Shown: positions 51,768 to 61,058 of the stretch, one piece after another
Layout: every line of letters starts with the position of its first letter
How positions within the stretch are numbered: position 1 is the first letter of the stretch
Assembly: GCA_963739305.1 (NCBI GenBank)
Contig: CAVTZU010000010.1
Span: 53,279-117,278 of the forward strand
Source of the DNA: Candidatus Bathyarchaeota archaeon
GTDB taxonomy: Archaea > Thermoproteota > Bathyarchaeia > Bathyarchaeales > Bathycorpusculaceae
DNA: 64,000 bases
Direction: 5' to 3'
Made by a program: the position numbers and the translations under genes
The notes under the pieces: generated by a model
Seen by the model: only the letters and a program-made list of their open reading frames with translations
Databases searched by the model: none
What the model was told of the DNA's origin: nothing

Positions 51768-52712
51768 ATGGATGAAGTAGATTTGGCGATTCTAGCAGTG
51801 ACCGTAATCATCGTGGTCATCGTTCTAGCATGGTTGCTACAAGCATCAATACGACAAGTGAGACCGACGCAGAAAGGACTCGTGGAACGCATGGGCAAAT
51901 ACCATCGATTCGTACAGGGCGGCCTGACATTTTTGATCCCGTACATAGACAGAATTATCAAGGTCAACACGACCGAGCAAATGACACCTGTGCAACGTCA
52001 AGACGTCATTACTAGAGACAAAGTGTTCATGGGTGTAGACGCAGTTGTCTTCTACAAAGTCAAACTAGACGAGACAAGCGTAAAAGCTTCTGAGTACAGC
52101 GTGAACAACTACACCGTACAGATAGATACGCTTGCCCGCACGGTCCTCAGAGACATCATCGGCGGCATGGACATGACCGTCGCAAACACTTCAAGACACA
52201 TCATCAATCAAGAACTAAAAGAAGCATTAGACGAGCAAACAGAGTGTTGGGGAATTGAAATCGTTCGTGCAGAAATCAAAGACTTAGAACCTCCAAAAGA
52301 ACTGATTGCATCAATGGAATCCGTTCTAAAGGCAGACAATGACAGACAAGCCGCAGAGAAAACAGCGGTCGCACAGGCAACGCTGGCAACAGGACAGAAA
52401 AACGCTGCAATTCAAGTGGCCGACGGAGACAAACAGGCGGCAATTCTCAGGGCAGAAGGTCAAAGACAAGCAACAATCACCATAGCTGAAGGTGATGCCC
52501 AAGCCACAAAATTGCGCAATGAAGCCCTAACGACCTATTTCAAAGACAACGCAATCATATTCAAGCAGCTCGAAACAATCCAAGCATCATTAATGAACAA
52601 CACAAAGATGATCATACCAGAAGGCAAAGCACTGACGCTAATACTCAACGAACAACAAAACTTCGCAAAAGAAGTATTAATCCCGATTCCAACGCAACCA
52701 ACGAAGAAATAG
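51768..52712 (+). CDS. SPFH/band 7 (stomatin-like) membrane protein
   Basis: N-terminal TM, GLVERMGKY, QDVIT.D...VDAVV and AEG repeats. Confidence 0.9.
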   Translation: MDEVDLAILAVTVIIVVIVLAWLLQASIRQVRPTQKGLVERMGKYHRFVQGGLTFLIPYIDRIIKVNTTEQMTPVQRQDVITRDKVFMGVDAVVFYKVKLDETSVKASEYSVNNYTVQIDTLARTVLRDIIGGMDMTVANTSRHIINQELKEALDEQTECWGIEIVRAEIKDLEPPKELIASMESVLKADNDRQAAEKTAVAQATLATGQKNAAIQVADGDKQAAILRAEGQRQATITIAEGDAQATKLRNEALTTYFKDNAIIFKQLETIQASLMNNTKMIIPEGKALTLILNEQQNFAKEVLIPIPTQPTKK

Positions 52713-52738
52713 CCAGACTAGTTCTCGATGCTGGCCAG

Positions 52739-53368
52739 TTAAGTAGTGTTCTCGTAGAATGAACTAGGCATGGCTCTGGACCATGAGTCTGGATGCGTAT
52801 ACTTGACCATTGGTGCTTTAGCTTCAGTCTTTTCTTCTTCGGCAGACAGGATTCTCTTCATCTTCGCCAAAAGCTCGCTGTGCAACTCTTCATCGTGGAT
52901 AATCGTCTCAAGAATGCCCTTCAGATCTGCCACGTCTACATCGTAGGTTTCGCGTATCTCTTTTTCCATGTATTCAAGTGTCTTCAGCTGAACCAAACTG
53001 TAATACTCTTCGCCAAATGTGCTCTCCAAAATCGTCAGTTTCTTAACTAACGAAGGTGTGTTCAGACTGTGTGTCCTCCCTTCTTCGGCGATCTCCTGCA
53101 GAAGACGTTCGATCGTTGCACCGCTTTCACCAAAACGCTTTTCGCAGTCTTTTGTTTTCTTCTCAGATTTTGAGATACTCTCGCTTATTCCCTTCAAAAT
53201 TGCTGAATGTTTCTGACTGTCATAAGCAATGTAAAGCAGCAAGGAATGAACCAAAGGTATGTCAACTTTGTCAGAGAGACGCTTGTAAAGCAAGAACGTC
53301 TTTTCCTCCAGAACACTGGAGCACAACAGAAAATCCGCAATGCTATCTTGCCTCTTTTTTACCATCAC
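52739..53368 (-). CDS. Ferritin-like/rubrerythrin-fold protein
   Basis: Paired E...Y and D/ExxH helices (DSQKH, DEELH). Confidence 0.72.
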   Translation of the reverse strand: MMVKKRQDSIADFLLCSSVLEEKTFLLYKRLSDKVDIPLVHSLLLYIAYDSQKHSAILKGISESISKSEKKTKDCEKRFGESGATIERLLQEIAEEGRTHSLNTPSLVKKLTILESTFGEEYYSLVQLKTLEYMEKEIRETYDVDVADLKGILETIIHDEELHSELLAKMKRILSAEEEKTEAKAPMVKYTHPDSWSRAMPSSFYENTT

Positions 53369-53623
53369 GATTCCCTAAAGCGGGTTAGTACCTAGGGATA
53401 AATGACTTATGAATTCGGAATTCTGGTGCCCGCTCTTTCACAATACAGATCGTGTGAGCAAGCGCAGTCTCTCTGAACAATATGCAATGGTCTAGAACGA
53501 GAACACAGGAAGGTCGCCGTTTTTCTGTTTAATCAGCTGCTTTTTCACTAAACCAGGGTTTCTTTTTGTTGCGCAGAAAAAGATGCCGACAGAAATCACG
53601 GAAAAAGCCCTAATGCCGCCCCG

Positions 53624-53651
53624 CTCTTCCTCATCCTATATTACAGAAAAT
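53624..53651 (+). repeat. 28-bp direct repeat, copy 2
   Basis: CTCTTCCTCATCCTATATTACAGAAAAT. Confidence 0.8.
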
Positions 53652-53806
53652 ACTGATTTCATCATTCATTATCAAGGCACGAGGGTTACGTAGTACACGC
53701 TCGTTCCATGACCAATTCCTTTGGCGCGCGCTACGAGAGATGAGGTTTTCCTAAGGAGCTACGTGCCGAAAATTCCTAATACAAGCTGCAGCAGAACAAG
53801 GTAAAT

Positions 53807-54400
53807 GTGGCTGAGCATGAGGGTGGATATATGACAAAACCTTTAGCAACTTCAACTAGCAAACCTAGTGCGATCGTAGGGCCGAGTGCCTTTTTGACTT
53901 TGGCCGTCCCCGTCGTTGCGTTGATCGCAGCGTTGTTGAGTGGGAGTCTCCTTCTGTTGAATTATGTTCATGTGCTTATCGCCGCAACTTGGACGGGCAT
54001 AGACCTGTTCATGGGTCTTGTGATGAGCAGGGTGATGCGGGGTCTCTCCCCGCAAAGCCGCGTTGAGGTCATAAGGAAGCTTGTGCCTATGATGCTGTTC
54101 TTTATGCCGGGGTTGGCCTCGGTCGGCATAACTGCTGGAATCTACCTAGCTGGTCGTTTGGGGTTAAGTTTCTCCTCCACACCAATAATCACAGCTATCG
54201 TCATTGTCGTTATCTTGTCGGTTCAAGGCTTTGGCCTGATATTGCCCAATGAAGTTCGCGTCCTATTAGAGCTCAGGAAGGCAAACCCGAACACGGAGAA
54301 GGTTGTGAAACTTGGCATGAGAAACATCTACTTTGCTGGTAGTCAGACAATATTCCAGATATCAATAGTATTCGTGATGGCCTACCTGGCCGTCATGTGA
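53807..54400 (+). CDS. Hypothetical multi-pass membrane protein
   Basis: About five hydrophobic segments; YVHV...WTG.DLF. Confidence 0.7.
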   Translation: MAEHEGGYMTKPLATSTSKPSAIVGPSAFLTLAVPVVALIAALLSGSLLLLNYVHVLIAATWTGIDLFMGLVMSRVMRGLSPQSRVEVIRKLVPMMLFFMPGLASVGITAGIYLAGRLGLSFSSTPIITAIVIVVILSVQGFGLILPNEVRVLLELRKANPNTEKVVKLGMRNIYFAGSQTIFQISIVFVMAYLAVM

Positions 54401-54663
54401 TGAAGACTCTCTGCGAAGGATCTGCCTGAGATGGCAAGCGCGCGTTGAAGAAGTAAAGTAAGTGGAGTTCTTGGCGCACCGTTACTCCTTGAGTTCGAGC
54501 AGCCTTTGTTCGCGCTGTTAAAGGAGTGTTCAACAGTTAGAGGCCACTTAAGTCTAAACTTGATGAGTTCTTTCGTGTTTGCTACTAGCGCGCGCTATTC
54601 TTTCTGCTTACTTATATTTCACAACGTGCGGCAGTAGCGAAATTTGCTCTGTTAATCTTCTAG

Positions 54664-55554
54664 TCATTGATGAAGAAAATGTGGTTCATGCGCCAAAAAG
54701 ATGGTCATGAGGACGATTTGTTTTTCTTCAACCTTGTGGAAAAATCTCTGCAGTAGCGCTCTAAACGGCTCAGCCTCCAAGTATTCGCCTTTTTCCAAGG
54801 CTTCATGTTCATATTTCTCAATAAAGTTGCCTATCGACAAGGGGTCTTTGTATTGGCGTACGAGAACTGTTGGCGTTAATATTGCTAATGTTCCACTCTG
54901 CTTCAGCACTCGGTGCCACTCCCTCAAGGATTTCTCCAGAGAATCCTTTTCTGGAACTTCCACGACAATCTCTAGATCAACGAAATCACTTCTCAGCGGG
55001 ATGTTATCGTAAGTCCCGTTCAAGAACCACAAGTTGTCAAAATTGAGGTCCACGGCCAACGAGGCTGGCTTTATAAAGTATATCTTCGCTTGGGGCATCT
55101 TATCGTGAAGACAGCGCAATATTTTCTCGTGCATCACTGAATACTGGGGAGAAATGTAGGCGATTTCTCCTTTTTTATCCACGTTACTAGACAGTAGTTT
55201 GCACATACTGTTGAGAACATTTGTGCCAGCAGGCAGGTTGAGCAGGTACTCGCTGTAGAACCCGTGGACGGTCTCAATGGCATCCAAAAGAAGTCTCTCA
55301 CGTTCCTTCTTGCCTTTCTCGCCGATTCTGTACACTCTTTTCCGAGGTCCAAGCTGGCCTTTCTCCCATCGACCCTCAAGCAATCCGTCCCGCAACATCT
55401 CAGTAAGAACTCTGTACAAACGACTAATACCGACCTCAATCTTTTCAGAGGCAAGCTCCTTGTGAAGCTCATAACCGTAAAACTCTCTACTTCCAAACAT
55501 CCTGAGTACAATCTTCTTAAGGTCCTCTGTCCTCACGACTTTTGATTCTCCCAA
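54664..55554 (-). CDS. PadR-family regulator fused to a degenerate class I methyltransferase-like domain
   Basis: FYGYEL..LY..L..M..DGLL..W..GP.KRVY.I.EKG; C-terminal NIPLRSDFVD...LREWHRVLKQSGTL. Confidence 0.75.
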   Translation of the reverse strand: MGESKVVRTEDLKKIVLRMFGSREFYGYELHKELASEKIEVGISRLYRVLTEMLRDGLLEGRWEKGQLGPRKRVYRIGEKGKKERERLLLDAIETVHGFYSEYLLNLPAGTNVLNSMCKLLSSNVDKKGEIAYISPQYSVMHEKILRCLHDKMPQAKIYFIKPASLAVDLNFDNLWFLNGTYDNIPLRSDFVDLEIVVEVPEKDSLEKSLREWHRVLKQSGTLAILTPTVLVRQYKDPLSIGNFIEKYEHEALEKGEYLEAEPFRALLQRFFHKVEEKQIVLMTIFLAHEPHFLHQ

Positions 55555-55742
55555 TGACCCCGATTACGCTATAGCTAAGGTTCCATATCTTGAAAGCCTT
55601 GTGGTCAACTGCCTCGCGCCAAGGACGTCCCCTCTATATGCGAATTGGTACTATAGCCGTTGTTCGATAGACGCTTAAGAGCAGGTTTTCACTTGGAACC
55701 GCTCCAACGAGTGATTTCACTCAGGATAGGAGGTGAAACAGA

Positions 55743-56567
55743 ATGAGCAAAAACATACGCAACTATGCTGCGCTACTCCTTGCGATTATCTTAGCAGTAT
55801 CAGTAGGCAGCTTCGCCATGTTCACTATTCGTGCACAGAGTACTTCAGCATCTTCGGATCCCTCTCCAACTATCACGCTCACCCCACCCGCCGGACCTGT
55901 ACACACACCAATCACCGTCAATGGAATCGGTTTCAAATCTGGAGCAACTGTGAATCTGACCTGGTTCGGATTCATTCTTGACGTTCCAGGCATCACGGGG
56001 CATTTAGGCTACTATCCCATAAAAACTGGGATAACAGTCCCCTTAAGCGGAAACTTCAGCACCACAATATTAGCACCATATGACTTCTCTGATATCGCTC
56101 ACTTCGTTAACGCAACCCAGAACGGCGTTGGAACAGGCATAATAAACGCCACCTTCACCATCATGCCGACCCTGCAGCTGAGCCCTCAGAAAACCGTCTA
56201 CAAAGATGGGGCCCAAATACTCCTTCACGTATACGGCGGACCACTTGGAACAGCCGCGTTCCAGATGGGGCTTAACCCCATGAACGAAGTAGACGTACTC
56301 AAGTTCACTTATGACAACGCCCTTTGGGGATTTGCGACATCACACTTGCAGACTGAAGGACCCGTAGTGACAGGAGGCTTCGTAGGAGGAGACATCGGAG
56401 GTAACATAACAATAAGTTTCAAAGCAGTCGGATCAATGGGTTATCATGACATCAGAGGATACTTAGGCACAAAGAACGATCCGCCAGTGCCGTATCTACC
56501 ATGCGTAATAGGAGGCGAAGTCGAGTTCTACATCTGGGGTCTAACGCAACCCCAGCCACAAAACTAG
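55743..56567 (+). CDS. Secreted hypothetical protein with Ig-like repeats
   Basis: Signal peptide; PTITLTP..GP..T.ITVNG.GF; strong GGAGGTGA SD. Confidence 0.72.
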   Translation: MSKNIRNYAALLLAIILAVSVGSFAMFTIRAQSTSASSDPSPTITLTPPAGPVHTPITVNGIGFKSGATVNLTWFGFILDVPGITGHLGYYPIKTGITVPLSGNFSTTILAPYDFSDIAHFVNATQNGVGTGIINATFTIMPTLQLSPQKTVYKDGAQILLHVYGGPLGTAAFQMGLNPMNEVDVLKFTYDNALWGFATSHLQTEGPVVTGGFVGGDIGGNITISFKAVGSMGYHDIRGYLGTKNDPPVPYLPCVIGGEVEFYIWGLTQPQPQN

Positions 56568-56675
56568 CCATGCAAGAATGGTTCAAACTCTCTCCTCTTC
56601 TTTTCTCGAGTATCTATAAGCCGTCTCCATAAGCTTGCATCAGTTAGAATATCAGTTTCATGGTCAAGCGCGCTT

Positions 56676-56746
56676 AACCTTAATGCCTTTTCAGTACCAC
56701 TAATAAATCTTAAGTCCACGTTTCCGGTATAACAACCAACTGTAAA
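56676..56746 (-). repeat. 71-bp intergenic module, copy A
   Basis: Minus strand: TTTACAGTTGGTTGTTATACCGGAAACGTGGACTTAAGATTTATTAGTGGTACTGAAAAGGCATTAAGGTT. Confidence 0.8.
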
Positions 56747-56784
56747 GTCATGTCACAAGGAAGAAAAGAACGCGTTCAGCCAAT

Positions 56785-57768
56785 CTACTTTCTTCTTTTC
56801 CCTTGCGTTGCATGCTTGTAAAGAAACTCGAGATTGGCGACAAAAAAGTTTTCAATACATAGCCAAGTGTCGAATGGTGAGGGGATTGGTTCAAGAGATG
56901 CTTGCTCCACATGTTTGCCAGACTTTATCATGTTCACGACGATGCTTTCAAGTGATTGGATATATTGAGACATTACCGAAAGGTCTGTTGATCGACCCAC
57001 AGGACCATGACCAGGAACGGCAATCCGGACTCCTAACTTTTCAATCTTAGCGAGTGATTGTTTCCATTGTTCAGGAGAGCCACTTGCGAGGTAAGGATGC
57101 ATATTGACAAAAAGCAAATCGCCCATAAACGCAATTTTCTCTTTCGGTAGGTAAAGAACAACGTCACTGAATGTGTGACCAGCAAGAGGTAGAAGCTTTA
57201 TTGTTCTCTCTGTGCCGTGTATTGTGAGCCCATTTTCAAAAGTGATGTTTGGAAGTCTTGTCTTCAATTCACAATGCGATTTGCTTACACCCTGCATGTA
57301 AGAAATCAATAAAGCAAGTTCCCGCCGTCTTTTGGCATCTTTCTCAGTATCAAGTTTTGACTCCGCATCCATGATTTCCTTGAGAATTGTCTTTTTTTCC
57401 GATTTGATATTTTCAGGCTCGTTTCGGGCAATTGCTTCACGAGTCTTCACGGTGCTGACCATATCGACATCTGAACGAAAGACTTGGTTGCCGCGAATAT
57501 GGTCGTTGTGCTCGTGACTGTTGATAACATATGTGATCTTGTTTGAGGTCAGTTGTTCAGCAGCATTCAAAAGATCTCTGGCTGCTTCTGGAGAGAGGAA
57601 CGTGTCGAAGATGATGGTTCTGTCACCAATGTCGATGATACCAGCATTGCAGCTTGCATATCCCTGCTCAGAGGCAACTGCAGCATAGACACTATTCGCT
57701 AATCGTTCTATCTGAAAATGTTTCGACTCTGGCAGTCGAGGTGGCACTGCTGGACACTCCCCTTTCAC
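56785..57768 (-). CDS. Metallo-beta-lactamase-fold hydrolase
   Basis: NAGII, INSHEHNDHIRGN, GHT..D, GDL and PGHG. Confidence 0.88.
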   Translation of the reverse strand: MKGECPAVPPRLPESKHFQIERLANSVYAAVASEQGYASCNAGIIDIGDRTIIFDTFLSPEAARDLLNAAEQLTSNKITYVINSHEHNDHIRGNQVFRSDVDMVSTVKTREAIARNEPENIKSEKKTILKEIMDAESKLDTEKDAKRRRELALLISYMQGVSKSHCELKTRLPNITFENGLTIHGTERTIKLLPLAGHTFSDVVLYLPKEKIAFMGDLLFVNMHPYLASGSPEQWKQSLAKIEKLGVRIAVPGHGPVGRSTDLSVMSQYIQSLESIVVNMIKSGKHVEQASLEPIPSPFDTWLCIENFFVANLEFLYKHATQGKRRK

Positions 57769-57832
57769 TCTTCCACGTTGAACAAATAAAAGAATTGCTG
57801 CAAAATTAGGCTCTGCTCAGAGCTGTGCCTTC

Positions 57833-57903
57833 AACCTTAACGCCTTTTCAGTACCACTAATAAATCTAATGTTCCCATCTTCAAGCTAACGACAAACTGC
57901 AAA
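57833..57903 (-). repeat. 71-bp intergenic module, copy B
   Basis: Minus strand: TTTGCAGTTTGTCGTTAGCTTGAAGATGGGAACATTAGATTTATTAGTGGTACTGAAAAGGCGTTAAGGTT. Confidence 0.8.
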
Positions 57904-57921
57904 AAAGCGCATATTCTGATT

Positions 57922-58722
57922 TCATAAACCGTCCTTAAAGGTAGCCATCTTACCATGGAAGCGACGTGGGTCTCTCTGGATTATCTTCACTAAAGCTCGC
58001 GCGGCTGCTTCTGGAGTTATGATAATTCCTTGCTTCTGCATGTCCCCAAAGACACGATGTAGCATTTCAGCTCCACTGCCCTTTGCTTCCCGAGCGCCCT
58101 TCTGCAGATCAGTCTCAACAGCCCCAGGTCGATAAACGAAACAAGTTATCTCTGGGACCTCAGCAGCGAGTTGTCTCGCCAAATGCTCTTCCGCGGCCTT
58201 TGATAAGCAGTAAGCTCCAATTCCTTCTATGTTCCTCTCTGCAGCTCCAGACCCGAAGAAAACCGCTAAACCACTCTTCCTTCTGCGCAGCTCAGGATAA
58301 GAGAAACGCGCAATCTGGTAAGCAGCTAACACGTTAGATCCCCAGACATTCTCAAACACTTTTTCAGGAAGTTCGTACAAGAAAGGACCAGGATGTGCAG
58401 TTCCGGCATTGTGAATGAAACCAGTAAATTCGCCAATTCTAATCGCAGCTTTCACCATATTTCGCGCGTTGGAAGCCAAAGCAGCATCACCTGTCACGGT
58501 CAATGCGTGAACACCTTTCCGTCGAACTGCAGACGCTACTTCTTCAAGAAGTTCCCCGCTTCTGGCGTTCAAGACAAGGTTAACGCCATTTTGAGCCAGT
58601 TCTGAAGCCAAAGCACGACCGATTCCTCTCGAAGCCCCCGTTACAATGAATGTTTTGCTTCTTAGGTCTAGTCCGGTTGCCCCTTTGTCACACGTGCCGG
58701 AAGCAGTCTGGACATCACTCAT
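57922..58722 (-). CDS. Short-chain dehydrogenase/reductase
   Basis: TGASRGIG, HNAG, YCLSK and PG.V.T; GAGGTG SD before ATG 58722. Confidence 0.9.
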   Translation of the reverse strand: MSDVQTASGTCDKGATGLDLRSKTFIVTGASRGIGRALASELAQNGVNLVLNARSGELLEEVASAVRRKGVHALTVTGDAALASNARNMVKAAIRIGEFTGFIHNAGTAHPGPFLYELPEKVFENVWGSNVLAAYQIARFSYPELRRRKSGLAVFFGSGAAERNIEGIGAYCLSKAAEEHLARQLAAEVPEITCFVYRPGAVETDLQKGAREAKGSGAEMLHRVFGDMQKQGIIITPEAAARALVKIIQRDPRRFHGKMATFKDGL

Positions 58723-58800
58723 TATTGACACCTCGAAGACAGAGTTGAACAAGTTGATTATTAAAGACTACAGCTTCAGGACACGTGCTTCTCGCATTTC

Positions 58801-58870
58801 AACTGTAATGCTTTTCATATAGTACAATAAGTCTAATGTTCTCCTCCCCAACGTAACGACAAACTGCAAA
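58801..58870 (-). repeat. 70-bp intergenic module, copy C
   Basis: Minus strand: TTTGCAGTTTGTCGTTACGTTGGGGAGGAGAACATTAGACTTATTGTACTATATGAAAAGCATTACAGTT. Confidence 0.75.
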
Positions 58871-58906
58871 TAGACAGAAAGAAAAGGCGTGCGCAATATT
58901 GGTCGA

Positions 58907-59665
58907 TCAGATGTCGACCTGCTTTCGGACAAAGTCTACCATTTTCTCTGCCCAAAGCTCCAAGTACTCTTCTCCTTTGCCAGCTTCTCCTTTGCGAGAA
59001 TCACCAAGCACACCGTTCTTCGATACGGCTGTAATGCCTTGACTATACATAAGACCCATCATCTCATCATCGAAACTTCCCACAAAACCTTTTTCAGCAT
59101 TCTTCATGTCAACCAGGTCTTTGCGTATGGCTAAAACCATTGACGTTTCAGATTCACCTGCGTGAGCCCCTGATTCAGCAGCCGAAACTCCATGTCTAGA
59201 TGAAAACTCGGCAAGGACTTCAAAAAGACCTTTCAGATCAGTGTAAGACACGACTTTAGTTCCTTCAAGACTTTTGCTGAGCTCATCGGTCACCTCTCGT
59301 ACAGCATTGAAATTTCCGCCGTGAGATGGAAGTATAACGATGTTCTTGAACCCCTGCTTTGCCAGACTAACGCAATAGTCACGGATCAGATTTTTCAGCG
59401 TTTCAGGTCTAAGACTGATGGCTCCGGGGAACACCATGTGAGCATCGGAGCATCCTACGTTTATAGAAGGCGCTTGAAGAGCCCTACCAAGTTTCAAAGT
59501 CACTTTATTGGCCAAAACATCACCTTCCAACGTATCCGTACAGGTGGGCAGATGAGGTCCATGCTGTTCATTTGAGCCCACGGCGAATACAACCGTGCTA
59601 AAACCTCTGTCTAGGGCTTTCTGGATATCAACCCGCGTCATCTCGGACATGCGAACCTTAACCAT
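58907..59665 (-). CDS. Creatininase/amidohydrolase family protein (copy 1)
   Basis: GSNEQHGPHLP.TD, SHGGN and HAGE.ETS; start set at MVKVR, which has a GAGGAG SD. Confidence 0.9.
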   Translation of the reverse strand: MVKVRMSEMTRVDIQKALDRGFSTVVFAVGSNEQHGPHLPTCTDTLEGDVLANKVTLKLGRALQAPSINVGCSDAHMVFPGAISLRPETLKNLIRDYCVSLAKQGFKNIVILPSHGGNFNAVREVTDELSKSLEGTKVVSYTDLKGLFEVLAEFSSRHGVSAAESGAHAGESETSMVLAIRKDLVDMKNAEKGFVGSFDDEMMGLMYSQGITAVSKNGVLGDSRKGEAGKGEEYLELWAEKMVDFVRKQVDI

Positions 59666-59839
59666 TTGTGTCTCCTCGTCTTGTTGATCAAACGTGCCAT
59701 ACTCAAGCGACCTAGTGTTCACCATTTTGTTTCGGTTCAGGTATAACTTTTCCCCACCGTCAGGTTGGTTGGGGTAAAGTTTTATCCCAAACCCAAACCC
59801 CCAAACAGACCAAACTAAAAGGCTTAAGAGAATGAACAG

Positions 59840-60325
59840 ATGATTTTTCATGGGCGTATCAAAGTGCTTGAAGGCGGAAAGAGTTATTCAGACTATACTC
59901 AGAATCTTGCGAATGTTATGAATGGAATGTTGTTTTTCGCGGGCTTCACATTCACAGTAGTTGCGATTCTTCTCACTTCTCTTCCGAATCCAAGATCTAT
60001 ACAGTCACAGTTCACACTTCTCTTTCTCACTGCGATTTTTTACTTGACTGTCTTTCTTGCAATTTTCTTTTTGATAGACGTAACTCACCACATTGAAAAA
60101 GCTCCGCCACTGACTAGACAAAGAAGGATAGTAAACGTGCTTGTTTTTCTCACCTTTCTCTTGATTGGTCTAGCTTTTCCTCTGCTTTTTCTCCTTTGGG
60201 ATTTGACTTCGTTGGCTACTATTTCAAGCCTTATGTGGTTGCTCTTTGCTATCTCTATTCTTCTCTTCGTCTTCATGCCATTTCAAAAATGGCGAGCTGA
60301 TAAAGGTAAATCTGACAAAATCTAA
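59840..60325 (+). CDS. Hypothetical 4-TM membrane protein
   Basis: Four hydrophobic segments (FFAGFTFTVVAILL...). Confidence 0.7.
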   Translation: MIFHGRIKVLEGGKSYSDYTQNLANVMNGMLFFAGFTFTVVAILLTSLPNPRSIQSQFTLLFLTAIFYLTVFLAIFFLIDVTHHIEKAPPLTRQRRIVNVLVFLTFLLIGLAFPLLFLLWDLTSLATISSLMWLLFAISILLFVFMPFQKWRADKGKSDKI

Positions 60326-60405
60326 GAATCGATCGATCATAGCGCGTGCAATCCACAAGAATTAACGAAAATTCTTGTGATGCGCGCGCTATAATAGAAT
60401 GATTA

Positions 60406-60884
60406 TTAGATTTTGTCATATTTACCTCCATCAGCTCGCCATTTTTGAAATGGCATGAAGACAAAGAGGAGAATAGAGATAGCAAAAAGCAACCACATGA
60501 CTTGAATAGTAGCCAACGAAGTTAAATCCCAAAGGAGAAAAAGCAGAGGAAAAGCTAGACAGATCAAGAGAAAGGTGAGAAAAACAAGCACGTTTACTAT
60601 CCTTCTTTGTCTAGTGAGTGGCGGAGCTTTTACAATGTGGTGAGTTACCTCTATCTAAAAGAAATGCAATAAAGACGGTCAAGTAAAAAATCGCAGTAAG
60701 AAAGAGAAGTGTGAACTGTGACTGTATAGCCCTTGGATTCGGAAGAGAAGTGAAAGATCGCGACTACTGTGAATGTGAAGCCCGCGAAAAACAACATTCC
60801 ATTCATAACATTCGCAAGATTCTGAGTATAGTCTGAATAGCTCTTTCCGCCTTCAAGCGCTTTGATACGCCCATGAAAAATCAT
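60406..60884 (-). pseudogene. Frameshifted mirror copy of the 4-TM protein gene
   Basis: Fragments 60651-60884 and 60406-60591 match 59840-60325. Confidence 0.7.
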
Positions 60885-61058
60885 CTGTTCATTCTCTTAA
60901 GCCTTTTAGTTTGGTCTGTTTGGGGGTTTGGGTTTGGGATAAAACTTTACCCCAACCAACCTGACGGTGGGGAAAAGTTATACCTGAACCGAAACAAAAT
61001 GGTGAACACTAGGTCGCTTGAGTATGGCACGTTTGATCAACAAGACGAGGAAACACAA

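Noticed and set aside
54484-54527. Hairpin ACTCCTT...AAGGAGT between convergent genes as an ncRNA or attC
   Set aside because: It is a single imperfect copy without R boxes; a terminator or chance explains it adequately.
56676-58870. 71-bp modules as canonical integron attC sites or CRISPR repeats
   Set aside because: There is no RYYYAAC box or internal dyad symmetry and no intI in the window. Spacing is gene-sized and no cas genes are present.
59666-59851. 62-aa N-terminal signal-like extension of creatininase in the ORF track
   Set aside because: It runs through promoter-like and inverted-repeat DNA and overlaps the divergent gene. ATG 59665 has an SD and gives a typical family length.
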